Origin: Tubiluchus corallicola
Taxonomy: Eukaryota; Animalia; Priapulida
Assembly: GCA_030141605.1 (NCBI GenBank)
Contig: JAQGDQ010000220.1
Span: 287,786-351,785, forward strand
Length of the DNA stretch: 64,000 nt
Direction of reading: 5' to 3'
Every line of letters starts with the position of its first letter. Position 1 is the first letter of the stretch. The position numbers and the translations under genes were made by a program. Shown here piece by piece: positions 31,801 through 46,800 of this stretch. The notes under the pieces were generated by a model. That model did not search any database, was not told the origin of the DNA, and saw only the letters and a list, made by a program, of their open reading frames with translations.

Positions 31801-34800
31801 AATTTGAAGCAATAAAACAGCACATATTGTGTTAGTCTGTTCTAAAAAATGCACCACTGATACACCAAAATTGCTTCCTCAATCTTAATGATAAGATAAA
31901 GTAATATAAACCTTTGCTTAGTTAGTGAAGAATGCGAATAAATGCTCTGATTATTTTTTTAGCTTTTACACAAATGTTGTCTAAGCTTGTTTCAAATGAC
32001 TTACCATTAAAATAGCTGCACCTAGCAGTCATCATGGGAGTTTAAATTTACAAGTTTTATGCAGCGTTACTGCTAATGCAAGTTTTGTATGCAACAGGGC
32101 AGCATGTAAGTGATTCAAAATTTCACGGCAAATTTTATGCTCTATTTATGAAGAGCGTTTTCTTGTGCTTTAACTACGGACAAAGATCTGCCAAACAAAA
32201 GTCAAAATTACCTGATGCAAATATGTCATCCAAGATATTGTTACATTGTCTATGACATCATACGGTGTGATCAGGTGCAAAAGATGCAAATGCGAAGCCA
32301 AGTTTAGCGCCAACCGAGCTTTAGCCAAGTCTGAGTAAAGCTTCGGACCAATGGTGACGTCAATCGAACCTATCAAATGAACATTAACATCAGTTAAAAG
32401 CAAAATTAACTTTTCATAGTTAGGTAACTTAGCAACTACAATTCTGACAGTGCTTTACATTAACTAATAAAAACATTCTAATATTTCAGAAAACTTCCTC
32501 CTTCAATGAGAGTACGACCCAATACAATATCGATAGGAAATATTTCGGAACTAGTTTTTCAGCTGAGCACTTGCTAACATTCATTCACTCTTGCCGGACT
32601 CAGCACTGATAAAATGTATAGTCAAACTAGTATCCCTTCGACAGACTGCGTAAGTACAATTGCAGACATGTAAAAATCTGTTTTTTGAACAAATGTATAA
32701 CTTTTTAAAAACATCAACTGCGGTTTAGACTATAAGAAAACTCCGAGATTCTTGGAGACTATCGCTGTATTCTCATTATAAAGCTCTGAGAAAGTACTGA
32801 AGTTACCTTTAAAAGTCGCCTGGCCAAGTCTTGTTATCGTTAGTCCCTCTACCTTTTCTTGTATAAGGCCAGCAGTTAATAGCTGCTCAAGAGCTGAAGA
32901 TGTTAAGCCTTGAATGTCTAACGTACAGTCCACATTTTGTACAGACAACAGTGTGTGTTTTACTAAATTTGCTATTTCTTCTTTGCTGCAAACAATCTAA
33001 ATAATAATAATACAAACTATACTGTTTGATATACTGAGGCTTGCAAAATCAGCTCCAGTTGTCCTCGTATCGTTTTACTCTTACAAAGCAACAACAACAG
33101 CAATTAGTTAAAGCACAAGAAAACACTCTTCATTAATAAAGCTTAAAAATTCATCTTGAAATTTTGTATCACTTAGATGCTGTCTTATTGAATACAGAGC
33201 TTGTGTTAGCAGTAACGCTGTATAAAGCTTGTAAATTTAATCTCTCTTGAAGATCGTTAGGCACAGCCATTTTAACGGTAGGTCATTTGAGATAAGTTTA
33301 GATAACATTGTGTAAAGTTTAAAAAAATAATTACAGCATTCATAGCGCAGTCCTAGCAAAAGTTAAAACTAGTTAATATTGTCAATATATTCAATAATAC
33401 CGTATTTGTGGTGAATCAGTAGTGCACACTGGGATGGCAATGTAGTGCCGTTTTACAAGGGGGTGCAAGTATACATTAAAAATTTTCTTTTCCAATTACA
33501 CCAGTCTTTCAAACAGATAAGTGTAAATACTAAGTAATATCTTTGTGTAGGACGTTCTTTGTGATATACTTTAAAATACCTTTTCTTTACTTTTAACTTA
33601 TTTAAGATTATGTGCCAAACAATGCATTATTAAAAGATACTTAAAAGGTTTTGAAAGGTTTCACATTACCTTTAAACCTACAGCAGAAAGGAGAAGCGAG
33701 TTCAACCCCCGACCTTCATCGTAAAGAAGGCTGCTCCTACACCTTCCAAATGATCCTCCAATGATGTCAAGTATCTATAGGAAGGAAAGAATCTGTTAAA
33801 AAGAGAAAAACAAAACCAAACATAGCCAACAATGTTTTACTAACTGACATTTAAGTTTTTCTAAAATGGATAAGATGTGCTGAACGTGGTGTAGGGTGTG
33901 GCGCCTCTACTTTGAAGAGCATGGGGATTTTCTCTTTTATTGCTGCACGACCCTAAATAGTTTGTTGCACTGGATGAAGTTTCACGCTAGTACAACATTC
34001 ACAAAGTTGAGAGCACAGCCTTGTGTTAGAGCTTTCAATCTGACAAAGTTAATGGAAAACTGGGAGATTGATTAGAATCAATCTCATTTTAATTTACAGT
34101 CCAAAATATACATTTTCTTGCCTACAAAAGTTAGCAATTCTTTCTAATATTTGAATCATTACTGTGTTTAGTTAATTAATGGCAACCAAATGCAGCTATC
34201 GCTTACGTCACAAACTAACCACAGTTTGTGCAATCGTAGGCATCTTCCCTGCACGTCAAGCCCATTTGCGTAAGCGAAACTTGGTATGAGACACTAATGT
34301 GATATCACGAAAAGGAGCACTATGTCACACTGATGTCACAGACGAACACTGCAGTTCATGCTCATGCTTATGATGGCAGTGCACCTATTTGTCAGCCATG
34401 CAAATGTGACAAAAAGCCTCCAGTTTCTGTGGATTTGCTGAGCCGCGTATAGCTTCGGAACTTTAGCAAAATTTAACTATGCCAGGTAATTACTACTTAA
34501 TCTAAGTTTTGATTTATAAAAGCTGTTGTAATTCTCAATATTTTAGAGCAAACTTTATTTTGAACTAATGTTTACACAGTCGTCTGGTTTTCCTTTAACA
34601 CATTACCATGAAGAAGAAGTAGAAGAAGAAGAGGATAATTCCAGAAACGTACAAAGTACAGAAATACATAATGGTAAACTGCAGCAGGGGTATAATTTAT
34701 CATAAACCGTACGATTTTGCTTTTTGACGCCCCCTACACCCGTCAACTGCAACACAGTTATGGAAAGACACATTTACATTAAATGAAGTCACTTACCTTG

Positions 34801-37800
34801 TTTTTGTTTTGTGACTGCGTAACAAGAACGCTCTCCCCCGATGAATCTATACCCGCTCTACCAGCCCTGCCCACCATTTGTTTATATTGACTCCTACTCA
34901 GTGCTTGACTGCCTACAAGAGGAGCACGCAATATGACGCTGAAATAACGAGTGATTAGATTTAAATTTGTTTCGACTTTCAACGAAGTTTCTGAAGAACA
35001 AAATATTTAAAAAATGAAAAAATGCGCGAAATTATAAAATAATGAATAATGAATACAAAAAAGGATAGATCAAACTGGTAAACAAATCAACAAACAAATT
35101 AGCGAACAACCAAACCAACAAAAATGATAAAACAAACAAACGAACAGACAGACAAACAAGCAAACAGGCAAACAAACAAGCAACAAACAACAAATCGATC
35201 AAACAAAGAAACAAGTAAACAAATAAATAAAAAACGACTCTTTACATACTCTATCCAAAAACAAAACAAGCAATTACAAGAAACATGAAAAAAATGAATA
35301 CCGTAACTTCTAAAATGAATAAAAGTCGAGTAAAACCGAACGCTGCATAGCAATATCTGCAATATCTAAGAAAAGTTAACAACATAGTAATGTGAAAACC
35401 AATATAGATGTCTTACCGTTTAGCAGGCAAATTGACACCAGCAGCTAAGGTGGATGTACAAGACAACATACACAGAGTACCAGCGGAATACGCTTCTTCA
35501 ATTAATTTTCTTTCATCTACCGTCAGGCCGCTGTGATGATACGCTATTCCATACTGCAAGGTGTATCGCAGTACAGGACAAACCTGGAAAAATCTCTTTA
35601 TCAAATGAGTAATAGAGGTGTGCGTCAAACGTTTAAATTCACTTGAGCGAGTTTTTTAATTCGAGTTTGATTCAAATCTAAAATTATAGACTGAATAATT
35701 CAGCACATCAGCTACAGGCGAACCTCGTTATACAGCCCCCCATTATAATGCCAGCTATTGCCCTTTCCCGATATCTTAATATATTAAACATAGAGAATAC
35801 CGCCAACCTCGCCTACCGCCATCCTCCAACGCATCTGCTGTGCCAAAAGTCTATTTTATATAATAAATTTACCCCGTTATAATGCCAGCCAGGATGAAAT
35901 ACAATGAATTGTTGCTGAAAAACACCCAATGTGTTGTGTTGTAGAAACAATGACCTCTCGACAGAAAACAATTAAGATTTAGGTCTTGTCTTCAGTACTG
36001 AACTGAGTGGCTACATATTTCTCTTATCAGGAGACAGCAGCATTACACCTGCAATAACTTTGTTAATGCAGCAAAAATGTACAGTATTACACATGTATTA
36101 TTGTAGGTATAATAATATTATACTATTTATGACATACTATAATTAACTAGGAAACAAAATAGAGTTTACAGACTGGAATGGCTTTGATACATTTTAATGA
36201 ACCTCGCCTTACAGCCAACCCCATTATAGCGTATTGTGGTGCACCTGTCCTGGCGTTATAACAAGGTTTGACTGTACATATATTCTTTATCAATAAAACA
36301 TATGAAACATCATGCAATCTACACAATTTAGCTCCAGTTTTTGTGTACAATATGCATGATCTTTGCAAGACTGTTTTTCATTAACGATTTGAAAATCTTT
36401 AAAAGTGAATTCGGATTTGAAATTTTGAAATTTAGTTTGATTCTAGTTCAAGTCAAATATTCTATTCAATTTGAACTTGCTTACAGATAGAGAATGTTCA
36501 CCTCTACTGATAACATGGTTCAAAGCTTGACTGTTATATGTTCCACTTTCCTAATAGTTTCAGTCCTGAGTTAACAGTAAAGCAACGTTCTGGTTTACCA
36601 ATTATCTTGGACGCCCTCAAAAGATAGGCAAAATAGTGTTGTGCAGTGCAGCCCAAAAAAAGAAAATCAACCTTAGTTAGCTGGTCTTTATTACAAATTT
36701 TGTCAGTGAACTGTTGAATGAATTAAAAAGGTCTTAGGTTCAAGTATGAGATGCCAAATTAGCTAAATTCATATTTTCTCGCAGTTTGTAATCTTAGAAA
36801 ATTACAATCACTGTAACGCAACCAGTTTAGTTTGTTACATAGCATATTTAGCTCATCATGAAATTTAAAGCTAATTACACAAATACTTGCAGTGTAGTAG
36901 CAGAAGCAGGAGTAGTAGTAGTATAATGAAAAAGGCACAAATAAATAAACAAATAAAGGGCTTTCAAAATAAGAACAATAACAATCACTTGCAGGATTTT
37001 AACTATGGTAACAGAATAAATAATTTCCTCGGTGTGTTTGATAAAGCTGACAAAGAATATTAAAAATGATTCACCTGTGCAAAAAAAGTTACAATTACAC
37101 TCCAAAAATATAAATGAAAATTCTATGCGAAAAAGACATGAAGACATCATGTGTATAAAGTCTGTAATGACAATAAATTATAGAATTTCACAACTTGCAA
37201 CACAGAAATGTTCACAACTTGAAACATTAGTCTCTCTTATCGAATAACAGCAAGCAATTATAGCACCAGGGAAGTTCACAATTGCAACTATCCATCCACC
37301 CACCTGCCCATTTCCTTCTTGTACCAAAGCGGCATGAAGAGCCTTGCGTTGCTCATGCTTCACCTGACGTAATTCCTTTGGCAGAAGTCGACAGATCATC
37401 GTCGCCACGTTCTCACAGTTCTTCTTAGTCGGACAAAAAATGAGACAAGAGTTGCTGGGAATGACGTCCATCACCAGGGCCATCAGGTGGTCGGGGTCAA
37501 TTTTCTTCTGTTCCGGATTGTACTGTACATGAAGAGAGAAAAATAAAAAACTGCAAATAAGGAAGAAATAAGGAAGCAAGTGGAATAAGGAATCACAACA
37601 TTCTTGAATATATTACTCTGATAATAATCATAAAAGATTTTTTTTTAAATTATATAAAAAGCCTATGTAACTCACATCCTACTAATTTTAATTATTTTAA
37701 TTTATTAAAATAGACTATTTAACTAGCAGGATGTAATGTGGTTAAAGCACAAGAAAACATTCTTCATAAATAAAGCTTTAAAAATTTGCTTTGAAATTTT

Positions 37801-40800
37801 GTATGACTTACATGCTGTCTTATTGCATATAGGGCTAGTAACTGTAACACTATTACTATTAGCTGTAACACTGTATAAAATGTTTTATAAATTTAATACA
37901 TTTATAACTTTTAAACATTTTATACATTTAAACTCCCATGATGACCATTAGGCACACCCATTTTAACAGTAAATCGTTTGAAACAAGTTTAGATAACACT
38001 GGGTAAAATTCGAAAAAATAATCAGAAAATTTGTAGCACACACTCTGTTAACTGAGCAAAAGCTTTCTTTTCCAATTACACAAATTTTTCAAATATGTAG
38101 GCATAATGTTAAATAATATAACTTTATGAAGAAAGTTTCTTGGGATATACCATAACATTTCTTTTTTTCCCTTTAACAAAATTATTAACTAGTTTAAAGA
38201 TGTTTTTGTTAAATTAAGTGGCATGGAGTTCCCTAATCAGAAATAATCAACTACAGGCACTATTAAAAGGTATAAGCTCTGCTATTCAAAAAATGTTTGC
38301 AAGTTTTAAGCAATAACTGTACTGCACAGGGGTATACTGAACAGTGGTATACTGAACAGCGGTTTACTGAACAGTGGTATACTGAACTTATTATTTTCAC
38401 TGGTTGTATGGTTTTTTATCTTCTAACTCTATAGTAAAAAGCACTGAGATCTTCAGATGGAGTGCACTTTCAAGAATAAACTATTAGACATAGATCGAAA
38501 CATAAGCAGTTTTCTACAAATGAGAACAAATATCTAGAAAACGGAATGATTCAGCAAATCTAGGTCATAGATCACCTGTTTACGAAAAGCAATTTCCTTT
38601 CTATTTTACTCTATTAAAAAGCTTACCGGATAATCGAGTATTTTTATATGTTTCAGCAAATCATCTGGGCAAAGAGCTGCCTGATGGATTTCAAACAAAT
38701 GATCATCCATCTTGACGTATTCTGTCAGTGCCACCTACAAACATGGTACAGTTAGCAAACTAAAAGTTAGCACTCTAAATTACGCTAGGTCAACCTTAAG
38801 TCAACTCAAATTACTTCAAGCAACTAAAATTGACATAATCGACATACAGGCCTGAAGTTATTCAAGTAAAGCTCAGCATTCAGAAATGTGCAGAGGTCTG
38901 AAATGTTGCTTAACGTTGCGCTCATGCCGATGATCTGTGTAGAACCTGAAAAAAAGAGATAAAATTTTACTTCTCACTCTCTCTCTTAATATTTTATTTT
39001 CTCTGTTCCAGCAATTGATCGTGAAAAGGTCAAGGGTTAAGTGCACCATTTATGTATACTTGACAATGCCTCGCAACCCAAACTACTGTAATAGTAACTG
39101 TTTTAATAGCTAGCTAGAACCTTAACTAGTTCATTTTTTCTTGTTAACAAGCAAAATCCTGCTAGTAAGTCACTCTACTCACAAATTACTGCATAATTAA
39201 GTAAAGTCCACGTAAAATAACTGAAGTCACTGAACTGAAGTGGGTAAAGCCTTGCTTTACCCACGCATCACATGACGGTTGTAATTAAGACGCATTGCTG
39301 TGGCACACTTAACCTTTGACCTACAGCAACTGTACGTGTGCACAACGAAACTGTGAAAAGGCTTATCGCCAATCAACACAGATCTTGGCTAACACCACAT
39401 TTTCTTAATTAGCATTTAACGTATGTGTGAATCTCGCAAACCTACTCGACAGATTTTTACATCTTCAACAACCTGCCTGATCTTCTTAATCCTGGCTGTT
39501 TTAGATCCGCATAAAGTTTAAAATACTCACACTGTGAGAAAAACCAGGATCTGTCCTTGCTTTCCATGACTACATGCGGGATGTAGTCTCACAAGATACA
39601 TGTATTTGGACTTGTCATTGACCTTACCTTACTTGTTTTATAAACGCAAGAGTACGGAGAGCTGCATGTGAATACAGGCAAAAGAATTTTGGCTGATTAA
39701 TTAAGTCACCTTGTGGGTCAAGCAGCAGCCCCTATTTTCACTCGATATTATCGATAATTCAATAATTATATAATGAGTCTTTTTTCAATTTTTTTCTTTA
39801 TACTTGTACATATAATTCTTAAGTTTAATGTCTGTAGCCATCCTCTAGTTCATGAAAAAATGACAAAAATCCTTGTATGGAACTGTGTGCTTCACATGAG
39901 GCCATGCGCATATGTCTGAGAAAAAAAAGCTAGAAGCTAGATAGAGAGAGCACTGTCACACCCTGTTGTGCAAGTGTATAGTAGAATTTCTTTTTGACTA
40001 AATTTTCTTTTCATATGTTTGTTTCGTCTTACTCAATATTACAACAATGGATAAATTTTTTCAGAAGTAATTCAGTACCCCACTAATTTTAACTATGAGC
40101 CGCCACTGGCCATAGGAGTGAGAAAAAGCTTTGAAACAGACTGAAGAGAGTCGAATGTGTTCTCACAGATCTTGCAATTTAGCAGAACAAGTCTACTGTG
40201 AGTTGGACGCATTTGTGTCTATAAAAACCTGTGAATTCTCGTCTATTGGAAAGAGTTGCTAATGTCTGTGAAGAATTTTTGTGGCTTAGCGCAAACCTGC
40301 AAAAACCTGTGTTATTCTGTGAGAATGTGAGAAGTTCGGGGGCTGTGACTTTTGTGCAATGACCAAAACTGCAAAACGTGCTAAAAATTTCACTTTTTTT
40401 CAGCTAAAATCACCAGAATGTCACACAACATGGTAGCGCGAGTTTGGCGACTTCTACGGCACTTCTACATTCCAGTCGGGTGTATTGCAATTATTTCATG
40501 ACCATTTCACAGAATTTTCAACAAAGACAATGCAGGAAAACCGAGGTTCTCTAAAGTATTGCCAAAATGATGAAATGCTGTCGCAAAATCGTTGCCATCA
40601 CAGCATTCTCAAAAAGGTCTCAAAATGTTCTTCAAGTTTTCAGGGATTTTGAAATTATTGATGAACATCGCTAATTTACGACAGTTTGGCACAGGTTTGA
40701 CAAACTTTAAACATTTTAAAACTTTCTGTTGAAAGCGGCAACCTTTTGGCAACAATGACGAACACCCGCGCATGTTATGCAACTATTTGGGGAACTTTTG

Positions 40801-43800
40801 GAGCATATTAAGTGAATTCTGGAGTTATAAATTTTTGCATAGCAAAGTTGCAAACCCTGTGAAAGTCTGGCTTAAGAAGTGATTAACCTATGAGACAAAT
40901 AAAGATTATTAACTTTAGATATGTCCAAGCTGCAACGCTACAAATAACGAAGCAACAAAGCTAACGAATTAACATTAATCATGCCAACAGAAATTAAGGT
41001 TTTAATGGTTTTCCATAAGCCAATCATATCACCCCATTCATGACTAGATATAAATCATAGGCAGCACAAAGCAAAACTCACTTGATACATGCATCAGTTT
41101 CGTCAACATGATTTCTAGGGCAGCTCCTCGACTTCCGCCTTCTCCTAACATATGCAGCTATATTGAACAAAAAACTCGTGCTCAATTTAAGCTGTAATTA
41201 TGATAATGTAACTCATGCAAAAAGTACAATGCATAGTTAAAGTAGTTAAAAGTAAAGCACAAAAGTAAATGAAACTGGCTTTAATATTGTACAGTCAAAC
41301 AAGTAGAATGCCCATCAAAAGTGTAGAAATGCAGATCACCCCGAAGCACAATATACAGCAGCTTACAGTATGTTCAGACTAGTGAGTTTTCTCAGCAATT
41401 AAACTCGCCAAGTAACCCACAAAGCAGTTCACACTTGAAAGTTTGCTGTTAGGGACAAAACTCGCGATAGAAAACTTGCTAATCTGAAAGGGGCATTACA
41501 AGTTACAACTCTGCATTCTTCTTTGCCTGAGACCAAGCATCGTACAGTAAATTTCCATACAGTAAATACAGTCATTGAGGAAATTTAAATTACAAATTTC
41601 ATACGGAGTTACTGCTAACACAAGCTCTGTATGCAATAAGACAACATGCAAGTGGTTCAGAATTTTAAGATGGATTGTTGAAGCTTCATTTATGGAGAGT
41701 GTTTTCTTGTGCTTTAAGCTTTTCATTCCTAACAGGTGAATTTCGTTTTACTTTTTTGGAAGAAGTTCACCTTTGTCGTTGTCATTGTCATTGTGCGTTA
41801 ATGTCATTGTTAACTGTAACTGTGTGAAAAGATAGTTAACGTAACAAAACTATATTTCAGTTCTGTTATGTTACCTCATCAACCACAACCAGGCCCAAAC
41901 GATCCATTCTTTCCATCTCAATCATGCTGTTTATTAGAGAATGAGCTTTTTCTATTGTACAAACGAACAAACTGTTCCTCTTCCTTCTTTTTGTTGGTGG
42001 GAATTTTCCTTTACTTCCTGCATACTCTTCTAGGATGAACTCTAACTCCACTGAAAATGGGGACAACGACTGCACCTAAAAGAAAAAAAAGCAAATTTTT
42101 CAACACAAATATTTTAAGCTTTATTTATCAGCAGTGTTTTCTTGTGCTTTAACAATTTTTTAAGATTTTTTTCAATTTTTTATATTTTTAAAAATAATCC
42201 TAAAATTTAAAATTTTTAAGATTTGTTAAGAATTCTGTTTGCCAACAGATTAGCATTTAACTATATGATGATGAACCACTCTTTTGAAAAAATAAAGGCT
42301 GATGAGTGTTGACGTTCATGGATTGCCTAGGTCATAAATAATTACAAATACAGATTATAATTATGTAAAGAAAAAAATGAGCACAACAAGCATGTACATA
42401 TTTATTCCAATCTCACAAAATGTAGTTCTACATACCACACTACCTGGCGATCAAAAACATTACATCTTCGAAAACAGCAAACAAAAGAAATAATGAAAAG
42501 TGGTGCAAGGATAAAAACATACAGCATAAACTTATGTGATCAGTAGTTCTAAACAATCACCTTTTCTTGTACAATAGATACATAGGGAAGAATAAAGATG
42601 GTGTCTTTCTTATGACAAATCAGCTGCTTAAATAAGAGGATTTCAGCAACGAGAGTTTTTCCACCGCTGGTTGGAAGAGAGTAGACCAAGTTTCTTCCCT
42701 TCTGCACTGCAGGTAAGTTCAAACATTCGTCTTGCCAATCTGGAATAAAACTGAGCTAAAAAATTCATCCATTTTATACAACAAGGCAGAGTAAAATGTT
42801 GAAAATTTTCTCCAGTTTAAAAAATAATTATCAATGTGTTAATATTAATTATGAGATAATTTATATTAAGAAAGACTATAGAAGACAAAGTTAATATTTA
42901 CACTGTTAATGGATCTATGTACACAAATTAAATTATACTTACAAATTCAAAAGCATTTTGTATTTCTACAGCAAAAAAAAACACTTAATGAAGCTCATTG
43001 ATAAGTTTTACTAAAAAAATGAAGGCTTTATCCGGGTTCCTAATTTTTCACTAAACGAATCTAACCTGATGGTAAGTACAGATTTGGCAAGTGTGGCTAA
43101 TTTAAACAGGCTGTGTATAAAAAAATGCATATCAACTGAGTATTAAAAAAAGAACCATTTTGGTAACAAATGAGTAAAATTTTTTGAACGTTTCTGTATA
43201 GATTTAGTCGCTGTAAGAACAAAAGACGTCAAGCCCTGAATTAGATTCTTTTATGGTATCAGTCGCTTATATGTGATGGTACAATTTGTGTTACACTGTT
43301 AATAGCACAGAAATGTCTCAAACCTCAAACAAAACCATAAATGTTTTCAGAGGCTTAGTAAGGGGGGGGGGCACAGGGGGCAATCGAATGTGTGCAGGCA
43401 CAAACACGAGAGGGTGCAAAATTCTTCTAGAATTTAATGGCTGTTTATTCTTAATTACTAATTAGACATTAGCAATTCACAAAAGTTAACAAACTACAGC
43501 AAAATTGTGTAGTCAGAGATCGTAGTAGCTGACTTAGTTACTTAAATACAGCCTACAAAAAAGTTAATGTTGTTACATAACGGGGTGTGTAGGGTGGTGT
43601 GTGGTTTAGCAGATCGATAATTTCGGAAGAAACAGTGGCGTTATGCTCTAAAATTTAAAGGAAGACAGGATTTTTCATTTTTCATATAGTACCCCCCGTT
43701 GTCAAGTCCGATAAAAGTTGTACATTTTAACACAATACTACAAAACGTTTCTGATAATTAAATGATAGATTAAAAACTTAATTAGCAGTGGAGGAGGTCA

Positions 43801-46800
43801 ACTATCACAAACTAACATAATTTTCAACTGCAAAAATATTCCATGAGCATGTTTGCACGTGCTTACGAGAAAGCAAAAATTGAAATAAGTGCTACTGTAA
43901 GATATTCAGTGTGTTCTACTAAAACTATTCAAATTTCAAATTCACCACTGTGCTCACGCATGAGGTGTCAAATGTATGTAGTTCGTCACAAATTAACACA
44001 TCTGAATTGAGAGGTACAGCACCTGGTTTTCTGTGCATTGCATTTCTAAAATGCAGGCGCTAGTGCTTGTCTAACTAGGGAATGGCGAAATGCATATAAC
44101 AGCGAAGAACTAGTGGAGCGAATGTGAAATTGTGTTTGTGTGGTAATAATTCTTTCACATAAGTCATTTTTGAAAAAACAGTATATTTCCTTTCAATATT
44201 TTAAAGAGTAGATTGTTTTAACCTACAGTTTAAGATTAGGTCCGGTATTGCTTTAATGCCAATTGTATTGCTGTGAAAACCTCTTGTGTTTTTTACCTTT
44301 TATAATGTTTGCATGTTTTAATGCTGGAGCTGAGTGTTTAATGACTGTCGTATTATGAGCAACTTTCCTAGACCAATGCATACAAAAGAATTATTCTGCA
44401 GTATCGCAAATCAAATTCATGGTGATTTTTAGAAAAATTCGTGGAATTTTATCCCATCGGGCTTGGCTCAGAGATGGAAAAACATGCACAATTTGTGACT
44501 TCACTACGAAACAAATGATTAAAATATTAAAAGGGTAGAGAGCCAGAAGTTTGTTGCCCCGGGCGCAGCAAGCACTTGCTATGCCACTGATTGTTTTAAG
44601 ACTTTTGCCATAAAGGCATAATTTGCATTTAAGCAGTTTACCATATAAACTGCTAATTCCACGATGACTATGCATTAGCTCTTTGACCTTGTTTGGCAAG
44701 CCATAAAAAGGTCCAACAGAAGCTACCTCTTCGATGCCATCTAAGATGTAATCATAAGCTTTTTGTAGGTGCTCATTCTGTAATTTCTTAAGCTTGGTGT
44801 GTCTGGGTGTTGATAATTTGGAATTCTCTTGCAGAGTCTTGCAGATTTTGTCTTTTATCGACAAGGATTTGTGCGACACTGTCGGCAAAGAGTTCAAACA
44901 TTGACCAGCATCGATGCGATCTTTCAACCACACATCAACCTTGTAGTTGTCAGTTGTCGAATGTACGTCACTTTGTTCATTGTCGATTGAAACAGAGTTC
45001 TGGCATTCGGAGACTGTGCTAACTTTGTTGTCTTTTTTGGCTTCTAAGGCACACTTGTCTTCTTCTAAATTGTCCAAATTTATCTGCTCTAAGATGGCAT
45101 CATCTTCGTAGAAACTAGAATGCGGTATATCTGGATTGTACCTAAGTGGCTTGCTAGAATATTCTATTTGTTTATGTTTACTGTGAGATGTGCTTAGGGA
45201 TTTTCTCTTCTTTGTTCGTCTAAGTAGCATTTTCTTGCCCTTTTTTGAGCACTGCAAAAATTGACAAGCTGCAAAAAATGAAAATAAAATGAAATTTCCA
45301 GAATTTACAGACCGACATTCTTCAATAACCTACAAATAATCCAAAATGCAACAAATGCACAAGCAGCATAATGCTTAATCAGTTTTATCATTATTATTCT
45401 ATCATTATATCATTTATCAATAAGATTATCCCTTAGTTCTAAGTTACAGCACTTCAGCAGAATTATTTCAATCACTCAGATAACTGATATTACGGCATGT
45501 TCAGATTAGGGAGTTTTCTCGCCAAGTAACTCGCAAGTGTGTTCATACTGGAGAGCAAAACTTGCTGTTAGCTACTCTCTGACAGTAAATGTGAGCTGAC
45601 ACTCAATTCTCTATTCACTGCGAGATTAGCTTGAACAGACGTTCACACTAGTTAGAAAGCAACTCGGAGGAAATCAATTTGCAGCAAGTGTCGGACAGTT
45701 TGCAATTTAACTTGCAGACAGTATTTGTAAAACAGTTCACACTTGCAAGTTTGCCATTAGAAAAAAAACTCGTGGCAGAAAACATTATTCTGAACATGCC
45801 GTTAGATAACACAGTCCCCGGAAATTAGAAAAATTACAATATTTCAGGATACATCTAATTGCCGATATTTGTTTAAATATTGGACAACTTTTATAGATCT
45901 TCTTAGAATTGCAATAGTTGTAGTCCTATGCGGAAGGCAAGTGCTGTAGCGCTTGCACCTGTAAGCGACCTGACTGGGCTGGCACAAGTATCTTATAGAA
46001 TACCAAGAACAGCTTCATGTCTCTACAGTATGACATATACTAGTCTTCTGATGTCTCTAACTTGCTGTATTCCATTGCTGCTGCAGCTAATGAGTCACTC
46101 TGTAGACATGGCCAGGCGGTTTAGTCTAATGGTAACATGTTCGCTTTTAGTCTGGGAGGTTGTGAGTTCGATACAGCAGACGGGTCATACCAAAGTCTTT
46201 AAAATTGGTATCTGCTGTTGCCCTGTCTGGCGCGGGATACTTAGGGTAAAAGTGTGGTAATAATAGTCTCTGTCATGTAGTGTTAGATTGTTATTTACAG
46301 TCAGTCCGAAAGCTCTTTGGAGCTTAAGTTAATTGTTCACCCAAAATGCCGACTTTAAATAAAGATTATTATTATTATTATCATATTATGGCCTGCACTT
46401 AACTCATGCATAGTTTACCACTTTAGCGCCTTACTGCAAAACTGAATTTCATTCATGGTGTTGCTTATTTCACTAAATTAGATTGAAATTTTGGAATGTA
46501 CTATCTACAGTGTTAAACAGTAATGATAAAGTGATTAAGCATTTTACAAAAAAAAAGAGTTGAAATGAATAACGTTGATTACATTCATCTCCAGTTTAAT
46601 GAAACTTTAATCTCAATGTTAAACTATCAAATTTTTTTATGTTTTACGTTTAAAGGGTACTTTTCTTAAACAACATGTTACACTGTACTATACGTCATCA
46701 TAACTTAAATTTGTAAATGACATGGATAAATTTAGTGTCATCAGTTTGAATAAACAGGCTTGCTTACAAACAAAATGTGCATTCCTTTTTATATAGCTCT

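Noticed and set aside
35032-35362. Hydrophobic ORFs resembling membrane proteins (also 19370-19579 and 9727-9948)
   Set aside because: They derive from (AAAC)n, A-rich and (TA)n low-complexity intron sequence.
25809-45268. DNA polymerase theta (POLQ)
   Set aside because: The gene stops after the helicase HhH region, with no central or polymerase domain.
46110-46190. tRNA gene
   Set aside because: A and B boxes are present, but there is no clean cloverleaf and it continues into a SINE body and tail.
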